Source of the DNA: a virus
Lineage: Duplodnaviria > Caudoviricetes
Virus record (IMG/VR): IMGVR_UViG_3300037461_001297
Location: 1-29,622 of that record
DNA: 29,622 bases
Strand: one strand, 5' to 3'
Shown here: piece by piece, positions 23,936 through 29,622 of the stretch
How positions within the stretch are numbered: position 1 is the stretch's first letter
How the letters are laid out: each line of letters begins with the position of its first letter
Translations under genes and position numbers: made by a program
Notes under the pieces: generated by a model
Seen by the model: the letters and a program-made list of their open reading frames with translations, nothing else
Databases searched by the model: none
Told to the model about the DNA's origin: nothing

Positions 23936-24798
23936 CCTTCAGCCCCCTCGTAGCTCACCGGCGCGACCCTGCACGGCTGCAGCACCCTCGTGAGGTAGGG
24001 CACGACCGCCGCCGTCCCATCCTCGTAGAGCTTGAGGATGCACCAGCCTATCTTCGGCACGCTCACGATGCCCTTCCTCACCGCGAACTCGGTCTTGCCC
24101 TGCCATCCGGGGAGCACCGTCACGCCCGAGTGCGCGCCGAAGCGCACGCTCGTGTAGATGTGCCGATGCGACCTGAACTCCCAATTGACCTCGCCGTACT
24201 CCAGCGGGTCGGAGTAGAGCTCCATGAGCATGTGGTCCCTGGCGGGCGCGGTCGGGAGGTACGTCCAGTTGCCGAGCGAGCCGCTTATGTAGTGGTGCGC
24301 GTGCACGCGGAACTCGCCCCTGAGCATGGGGATGAGGAGCTCCTGCGAGTAATGCCCCCCGACGAGGTCGCATACGTACTGGTCCAGGGGGCGGTCGTCG
24401 ACGACATGGTACTCGCTGCCCAGCGAGAAGTAGATGTTCTCCGGGCTCCTCATCCTGCGCTGCACCTGCCTCAGGAGGTCGGCGCAGGCCTGCGCCTGGA
24501 TGCGCAGGTCGTTCGTCCACGTCCCCCGCCCCCCTCCCTTCCGGTTGTTGCCGTCGCACGAGTCGCCGTTGACGATGACGCCGGTCAGCGGGGGGAGGTT
24601 GGCGGCCATCCCTTCCCAGACGGCGTTCAATTTCATCTGCGCCTCGTTCGGCTCGATAGTCCTCCTGTCCCCGTTGACGAGGGTGACGCTCACCTTCCTG
24701 GGCATCGGCGCCACCTCGCTGCCAACGTGCATGTCCCCGAGGCACAGCCAGTATTCGGCCACGCTCGGCTCCCTGTATCCGCTCTTCCGCTTGGTCAT
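23932..24798 (-). CDS. Calcineurin-like metallophosphoesterase (288 aa)
   Basis: GDMHVG, NGDSCDG, LGSEYH, HAHH and RSHRH motifs. Confidence 0.85.
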   Translation of the reverse strand: MTKRKSGYREPSVAEYWLCLGDMHVGSEVAPMPRKVSVTLVNGDRRTIEPNEAQMKLNAVWEGMAANLPPLTGVIVNGDSCDGNNRKGGGRGTWTNDLRIQAQACADLLRQVQRRMRSPENIYFSLGSEYHVVDDRPLDQYVCDLVGGHYSQELLIPMLRGEFRVHAHHYISGSLGNWTYLPTAPARDHMLMELYSDPLEYGEVNWEFRSHRHIYTSVRFGAHSGVTVLPGWQGKTEFAVRKGIVSVPKIGWCILKLYEDGTAAVVPYLTRVLQPCRVAPVSYEGAEG

Positions 24799-25118
24799 GT
24801 CGTCTCCTCGACGCACTCCTCCACCCAGGAGGCCATGCGCTCGATGATGCTGTAGTCCAGCCAGGCCTGCGCGCCAAGCTTCTTGAGATTGGCGTCGTAC
24901 AGCCCGGCCTCTATCTCTATCTCCCTCTTGGTCATCCCCAGCGTCTGCGACCAATGGGCCACCTCGTGCACGAGCAGGCGCACGGCGATGTCCTCGGTGC
25001 AGTGAGGGGTCAGGGCGATCTCGTTCTCCAGCGGGTCGTAGAGCGCCCCGTACTCCAGGTCGCCGTCCTGGCATTCCTCCGGCGCGGCCAATCGTATGCG
25101 GGGGTGCTTCCTCCTCAG
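24795..25118 (-). CDS. Small zincin-type (HExxH) metallopeptidase, probable CTG start
   Basis: YGALYDPLENEIAL...RLLVHEVAHW. Confidence 0.7.
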   Translation of the reverse strand: MRRKHPRIRLAAPEECQDGDLEYGALYDPLENEIALTPHCTEDIAVRLLVHEVAHWSQTLGMTKREIEIEAGLYDANLKKLGAQAWLDYSIIERMASWVEECVEETT

Positions 25119-25243
25119 TATACCACCCCAAGCTTTCGCCCGCAGAAGGGGCAGTGTGAGACCTCGGCGCCGCGGATGAAGAACGAGCCGTACTCCACGT
25201 GCTTCCCCATCTCGGCGCAGCAAACGGCGATCCGCGGGCTCAT
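25115..25243 (-). CDS. Small Zn-binding protein (42 aa)
   Basis: VCCAEM...SHCPFCGRKL; ATGA coupling. Confidence 0.6.
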   Translation of the reverse strand: MSPRIAVCCAEMGKHVEYGSFFIRGAEVSHCPFCGRKLGVVY

Positions 25244-25362
25244 CCAATCCTCCCCATCTCCCAGAGCAGGGCGAAATAGCCGTCGTCCATCGGCATGGAT
25301 CTCCGCTCGTAGGGGGCGACGGCCTCGTCCAGCTCCAGCGCATACCTCTCGAGGGCAGTCAT
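25240..25362 (-). CDS. Small hypothetical protein (40 aa)
   Basis: ATGA overlaps at both ends; GAGGT SD. Confidence 0.5.
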   Translation of the reverse strand: MTALERYALELDEAVAPYERRSMPMDDGYFALLWEMGRIG

Positions 25363-26579
25363 CGGACCTCGACATCGAACTCGGGGATATCCACGAGCAC
25401 CTTGCCGGCCGGCACGGTCCGCTCTGGGAGCGTGGCCGTGAGGTCGATGTCCATGCCGTTCACGACCAGCGTCCTGACGACCTGCTGGGCGGGGATGACT
25501 ATCTGAGGCAGTTGCAGCTCGAAGACGGGTACCTTGACGCGGACATGCTGCACGACGGGCGCCCCCGGGGCCGGGGGCATCGGCGGCAAGGCATCGATGA
25601 GGGCCTGCGCGACCGGATACCCTGGCATGGTGCCCAGCGACATCCAGCAGAGGCTGATGCCGTTCGCCCTCGCGACCGAATCGACCCAGGCCCAATAATG
25701 CTCGGGAGCGACGTCGTTCTTGCCTACCTCACCGTAGAGCATGGGCCTGCCGCTCGCCTTGGCCCAGGCCACCGGGTCCTTGACCCAATAGAGCTGAGTG
25801 TCGTCCTCCTTCACGGTGCCGTAGCGGTGCGCGCTCCAGAAATCGGCGTTCGAGGGCGTGCAGGCTGCCCATTGCGACGACGACCAGTTGCATAGCGGGC
25901 TGCCCTGGAGCGCCAGCCCCATGCCGATCGGGTGCGAGTGGTCGAACGTGATCAGGTCGACGACCAGGCGCTCCTGCCAGGCCTTGAACTTGGCGCGGTA
26001 GTCGGTCGGATACTTGGCCTTCCACCAGGCGGCGTAGGCGTTCGAGTCGGGTTCGTTCATGCCCTCCCAGAGCCCCAGCCCAGGATGCCCGGCGCAGGTC
26101 CTCATCAGCCACTTGGCGAAGGCCGTCTGCCTCGCGTACTCGGGCGAGTCGGGGACGAGGACGGAGTCGGTCAGCTTGGTGCTCAGGGTGACGTCGTACT
26201 CCGAGCCGAGGATGCAGAGGACGACGTAGCACCCCGAGGCCTCGGCCATATCGAGCATGTCGAGGAGATAGCGCCGGAGCCCTCCCTCGTCATCCTCCAG
26301 CCAGTTTATCAGCTGCTCATGGCACCACTGCCCCCCTCCGTTGAGGCGCACGCAGTTCATGCCCAATGAGCGCATGATCTGGAAGTATTTCCACCAAAAC
26401 TCGCGGTCGCTTGAGGCCGCCAGCCTCGTGTTCTCGTCGCCGACGTAGGCGGGGAAGTTGTGGTTCCTCCCCTGGCCCTTGAAGTCGCGCGCGTACCCGA
26501 GCACAGTCGTGTCGTCTACTCCGCACAGCCGCACCTCGGCGGTCCCGTCCATGAATCTAGTCCCATCCACTCTTAACAT
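25359..26579 (-). CDS. GH5-like (clan GH-A) glycoside hydrolase (406 aa)
   Basis: LRVDGTRF, MRSLGMNCVR, WEGMNEP (acid/base), SAHRY, RPMLYGEVG (nucleophile); Pro-rich linker and short C-terminal beta domain. Confidence 0.85.
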   Translation of the reverse strand: MLRVDGTRFMDGTAEVRLCGVDDTTVLGYARDFKGQGRNHNFPAYVGDENTRLAASSDREFWWKYFQIMRSLGMNCVRLNGGGQWCHEQLINWLEDDEGGLRRYLLDMLDMAEASGCYVVLCILGSEYDVTLSTKLTDSVLVPDSPEYARQTAFAKWLMRTCAGHPGLGLWEGMNEPDSNAYAAWWKAKYPTDYRAKFKAWQERLVVDLITFDHSHPIGMGLALQGSPLCNWSSSQWAACTPSNADFWSAHRYGTVKEDDTQLYWVKDPVAWAKASGRPMLYGEVGKNDVAPEHYWAWVDSVARANGISLCWMSLGTMPGYPVAQALIDALPPMPPAPGAPVVQHVRVKVPVFELQLPQIVIPAQQVVRTLVVNGMDIDLTATLPERTVPAGKVLVDIPEFDVEVR

Positions 26580-26628
26580 ACTTTCATCTCCTTTTTCCTC
26601 GTCGCGCGTAGACCGGCCTACCGACCAT

Positions 26629-26880
26629 CTAGAACGCCCCCCACGCGTCGACTATATAGTGCGAGAGCAAGGCCGCACATGCCGAGAGCGACAGCGCACC
26701 AAGCTCCAGCAGCGTGCCATTGCCTCGTTCCGAATAGAACATGGTCAAGCTCAGATACCACGTAGACGAGAACGCCGAGGCCGAGAACGCGGAATGGATG
26801 GCCGCGCAGGCCAAGGCGTAGCCGGCCGGATACCCTGCGAGGGCCCACTGGTCGAGCCACGCCAGGAGCGGCAGGCACAT
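26629..26880 (-). CDS. Small membrane protein (83 aa)
   Basis: Hydrophobic, TGATG coupling, ends SHYIVDAWGAF. Confidence 0.6.
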   Translation of the reverse strand: MCLPLLAWLDQWALAGYPAGYALACAAIHSAFSASAFSSTWYLSLTMFYSERGNGTLLELGALSLSACAALLSHYIVDAWGAF

Positions 26881-27062
26881 CACTCGTCCCCCTTGCGCAC
26901 GTTGAGGCCTCCGTGCAGCGGCCTCCACTCGCCGCACACGTTGCAGCGCCAGCGCCTCTGCGCGACGCGAACGGTGACCTTGCCCATGATCCTCCTCGTG
27001 CCCGCCCTGTTCTCGTCGCGCACCAGGCTGAGCTCGGAGCCGCACCGCGAGCATGCTCTCAT
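26880..27062 (-). CDS. Zn-ribbon protein (60 aa)
   Basis: CSRCG...WRCNVCGE. Confidence 0.65.
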   Translation of the reverse strand: MRACSRCGSELSLVRDENRAGTRRIMGKVTVRVAQRRWRCNVCGEWRPLHGGLNVRKGDE

Positions 27063-27325
27063 CAGTTCGCCCCCAGCGGCCGCTCGTCCTCGTCGTCCTC
27101 GTCGCGGTCGGGGTCCTTGAGGTGGTAGACGTCCAGCACCTTGACCCCTTTCGACTCGCGCTCCCGCACGGCCCTCAGGCGCTCCTCGTGCTCGTGCAGC
27201 AGGGTCTCCTGGGCGACGGAGCAGCGCGCGTCATGCCCCACGATGGCGATGACGCTGGCCTTGCATATGCCGCCGCCCCCTCTGAACTGGCAGCGCACCG
27301 AGGACGCGCATCGCACCTCGGTCAT
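27062..27325 (-). CDS. Cys-containing hypothetical protein (87 aa)
   Basis: MTEVRC...CQF...ICKA...RC; ATGA coupling. Confidence 0.6.
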   Translation of the reverse strand: MTEVRCASSVRCQFRGGGGICKASVIAIVGHDARCSVAQETLLHEHEERLRAVRERESKGVKVLDVYHLKDPDRDEDDEDERPLGAN

Positions 27326-27471
27326 CGGAACGCCCCCAGAGCGAAGAGCAGGGCGAGGCAGGTCAGGAGCCAGGTCCCCAGCACGACGATGACCAGGATG
27401 GCGCCGTGCATCGCCCTCTGCGCCGCCGTCCGCAGGAAGGGGCCGCCGCTGTCGTCGTCGTGGCCTATCAT
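27322..27471 (-). CDS. Small single-TM membrane protein (49 aa)
   Basis: ILVIVVLGTWLLTCLALLFAL; ATGA coupling, GGAGG SD. Confidence 0.6.
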   Translation of the reverse strand: MIGHDDDSGGPFLRTAAQRAMHGAILVIVVLGTWLLTCLALLFALGAFR

Positions 27472-27653
27472 ATCCGCCCCTCCGCGAGCGCCTCTCCGGG
27501 CGTGATGCCCTTGCCGTACCTGCAGGCGTAGCGCCCGTCCGGCGCGATGATGAGGCCGTTGCACTCCAGGTAGCAGGAGGTGCGCTTGGTCCGGCTGCGC
27601 CTGCACATGAGCGAGTAGTAGCGCTGCAGGCCACCGACTTGAAGGACGCTCAT
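27468..27653 (-). CDS. Small Cys-rich protein (61 aa)
   Basis: ORF track; ATGA coupling, GGAGGT SD. Confidence 0.6.
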   Translation of the reverse strand: MSVLQVGGLQRYYSLMCRRSRTKRTSCYLECNGLIIAPDGRYACRYGKGITPGEALAEGRI

Positions 27654-28081
27654 CTCGGAGACCTCCCTGGGTATTTGTTGACCGTCACCTTCGCGCCCAG
27701 GCGCTCCTCTTCGGAGTAGTGCTTGGATGCGAAGACCACCGACACTTGTGCATCGTCATTCCAGCAGATTTTCGTTAATCCGTCCAGGACCGCTCTCAGC
27801 AGCTTGTCGACGTCCGGGCGCTTCGTGTGCCAGTAAACATAACGCTTGGCGTGCCCCTTCGGTTTGGCGAAGTAGAAGGAGCAGGCCACCTCATAGGTCG
27901 ACTCCCCGTCGCAGAAGCCCTCCGGGACGGCCGCCTGCGCCTCGTGCGCGATCCTGAGCTCCCAGGCCTTCAGGTTCCTGCTGCTGCTCGTCGTGACCGC
28001 GTGGCCCTTAACGACGAACGCCCTGGTGCTCCCCTTGGGCTGGGGGATTCCGGCGACGAAGAAGGAGATGGAGTCAGCCAT
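27650..28081 (-). CDS. rusA: RusA-family Holliday junction resolvase
   Basis: VAGIPQPKGS...KRPDVDKLLRAVLDGL...WNDDAQV. Confidence 0.92.
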   Translation of the reverse strand: MADSISFFVAGIPQPKGSTRAFVVKGHAVTTSSSRNLKAWELRIAHEAQAAVPEGFCDGESTYEVACSFYFAKPKGHAKRYVYWHTKRPDVDKLLRAVLDGLTKICWNDDAQVSVVFASKHYSEEERLGAKVTVNKYPGRSPR

Positions 28082-28397
28082 CGGTCTCGACCCCCTCGGC
28101 GGCCTTCGCCCTCCGGAGCTCGGCGGGGGAGGCCCTCCCCTCCGCCCTGGCGTGGCACTCCTGGCAGAGCGGCCTCGTCTTGAGGACCTCCCGCATGATG
28201 CGCTGCACCGAGTGCGCCCTAGTGACGAGCGTGCTGATGTCCAAATCCTTCTCGTCCGGGTCGTCGTGGTGGAACTCGAGCTTGACCTCAGGCTCCCTGC
28301 GCCCGCAGTCCGCGCAGCAGAGATACCGACGGAGCCAGCCGTAGCACTCCCTGACGTGCGCCTTGTAGCGGGCCCGATGCTCTGGGGTGGCAGTCAC
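28074..28397 (-). CDS. HNH-like endonuclease / Zn-finger (107 aa)
   Basis: CADCG...LEFHHDDPDEK...PLCQECH; GTGA coupling, GGAGGTG SD. Confidence 0.75.
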   Translation of the reverse strand: MTATPEHRARYKAHVRECYGWLRRYLCCADCGRREPEVKLEFHHDDPDEKDLDISTLVTRAHSVQRIMREVLKTRPLCQECHARAEGRASPAELRRAKAAEGVETDG

Positions 28398-28588
28398 AGG
28401 TCCACCTCCAGCACTCTCTGCATGCCTTTGTTCGATCTCGGCCGGAAGCTCCTGCATCTCCCGCCTCCGCATCCGTTGGTCCGTTCGATGTCTGGATAGC
28501 AGTCAGGCTTCCCGCACCATTCCCTCGTGCCCCGTCTCCGATGATGGATGCAGCTCGAATTGAGGCAGAGGCCATGGTCGACGGTCAC
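28394..28588 (-). CDS. Small Cys-rich protein (64 aa)
   Basis: CLNSSCIHH...WCGKPDC...RCRSF; GTGA coupling. Confidence 0.6.
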   Translation of the reverse strand: MTVDHGLCLNSSCIHHRRRGTREWCGKPDCYPDIERTNGCGGGRCRSFRPRSNKGMQRVLEVDL

Positions 28589-29622
28589 GCTCCCCCCTCC
28601 TTCAGCCAAGGGAACGCCCATTCGAGCAGCTCGCGCTTCGCCGTGTTGCTCGACGGCATCTGCCCGTAGCGAGCCTTGACGTCCCTCCAAGGACGGGGCG
28701 CGGGCTCCTTGAGGTCATCCCATGTCGTGCTCGTCTCCTCGAACTGCTCGCGCGTGATCACGCGGCGCTCGCTGCGGTCGATGCCGGGGTCGTCCGGGTC
28801 GGGCTCGTCCTCCGACGCGGGCTCCTTCTCGACTTCGGGAGATGCCTTCCTTTCTTCGGGAAGGTCCTCAGGCTCTTCTACTTGAGGCTTCTCCTCGGGA
28901 ATCTCGATCACGTCCGGCTCCATGAACTCCGTCCCTTGCCTGAGCCGCTCGACGTCGACGACCGGCTTCGGCGCCGGGCGGTACGTCCTGATGATCTCAC
29001 GGACCTCCCGGACCGTGACCTCGCCTTGCACTTTAGCGAGCTTCAGGACGGCATCCAGCGTCGACTGGTAGTTGTTGTTGCCCTTCTGCTGTAGGATTTC
29101 GACCACCGCGCTCGGTTTTATCCGACGTCGGATAATCTCCTCCTGCAATTCGGGGGGGGCCTCGGTCAGTTTGATGCGTTGCGCCACCCACTCCTGGCTC
29201 TTGCCGAAGCGGCCCACCCTCCGGCCGAACTCCGCCTGCGATAATTTGCTTACCTCGAGGGCGCGCTTGAGGGCATTAGCCTCCTCGATCGGGTCGAGGT
29301 CCTCACGGCAGACGTTCTCGGCGAGCATCGCGTCGAGGACCTCCTCGTCGCTCATCTCGCGGACGACCGCGGGGATGAGCTCGCGCTTGAGCAGGCGGAA
29401 GGCGCGCAGCCTCCTCTCCCCGACCACGAGCTCGTACTTCGAGCCCTTCGGCCGGACGAGCACCGGCTCCAGGAGGCCGATCGCCTCGATGCTCGCGGCG
29501 AGCTCCCTGAGGGCCTCCTCGTCGAACCTCTTTCGGGGGTTCCATCCCGTGATCAGGACGTCCCTGACCGGGACCACGGATGGGCCAGCTATGGGTGCCG
29601 ATGTTGGTGCGGGTGTTGGTGC
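28585..29622 (-). CDS. parB: ParB/Spo0J-family protein (5' end probably outside window)
   Basis: NPRKRFDEEALRELAASI...GLLEPVLVRP...YELVVGERRLRA...ENVCREDLDPIEEA plus HTH; frame is open to the window edge (APTPAPTSAPIAGPS...). Confidence 0.9.
   Translation of the reverse strand, partial: APTPAPTSAPIAGPSVVPVRDVLITGWNPRKRFDEEALRELAASIEAIGLLEPVLVRPKGSKYELVVGERRLRAFRLLKRELIPAVVREMSDEEVLDAMLAENVCREDLDPIEEANALKRALEVSKLSQAEFGRRVGRFGKSQEWVAQRIKLTEAPPELQEEIIRRRIKPSAVVEILQQKGNNNYQSTLDAVLKLAKVQGEVTVREVREIIRTYRPAPKPVVDVERLRQGTEFMEPDVIEIPEEKPQVEEPEDLPEERKASPEVEKEPASEDEPDPDDPGIDRSERRVITREQFEETSTTWDDLKEPAPRPWRDVKARYGQMPSSNTAKRELLEWAFPWLKEGGA

Larger units (their letters stand above)
1..29622. mobile_element. 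Temperate head-tail virus / provirus (siphovirus-like), extends beyond both window edges; probable archaeal host
   Basis: Co-oriented terminase-portal-MuF-protease-capsid-neck-tail-TMP gene order plus integrase and a divergent repressor pair; no host housekeeping genes seen. Confidence 0.95.

Noticed and set aside
29590-29622. GCACCAACA short direct repeat at the right edge
   Set aside because: Explained by an APTPAPTSAP linker in the ParB reading frame
1-29622. CRISPR array, second VR copy, att sites, IS elements
   Set aside because: None seen by eye; a self-alignment would be needed to exclude a diverged second VR, and att sites probably lie outside the window

Overview
The whole window is one GC-rich temperate head-tail (siphovirus-like) virus or provirus, almost entirely encoded on the minus strand. 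The host is probably an archaeon, inferred from TATA-type promoters, ribbon-helix-helix regulators, a T-tract terminator and a Thermoplasmata-type wHTH protein. Read from right to left it carries: ParB-like, HNH, RusA and small Zn-finger genes; a GH5-like glycoside hydrolase; a zincin, a metallophosphoesterase and a DUF4406-like gene; terminase, portal, an inserted beta-propeller module, MuF, prohead protease and capsid; neck genes; tail tube, chaperone with a -1 frameshift, a short tape measure and tail-tip genes; a divergent RHH/RHH switch with twin palindromic operators; a stem-loop-rich leader; and a tyrosine integrase cut by the left edge. The main feature is a compact diversity-generating retroelement (DGR; target gene with VR, then TR, then RT, no avd) inserted inside the neck module. 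Over 106 bp, TR and VR differ at 23 positions, all TR adenines (19 A>G, 4 A>T). All protein family calls come from motif recognition by eye, with no database searches.
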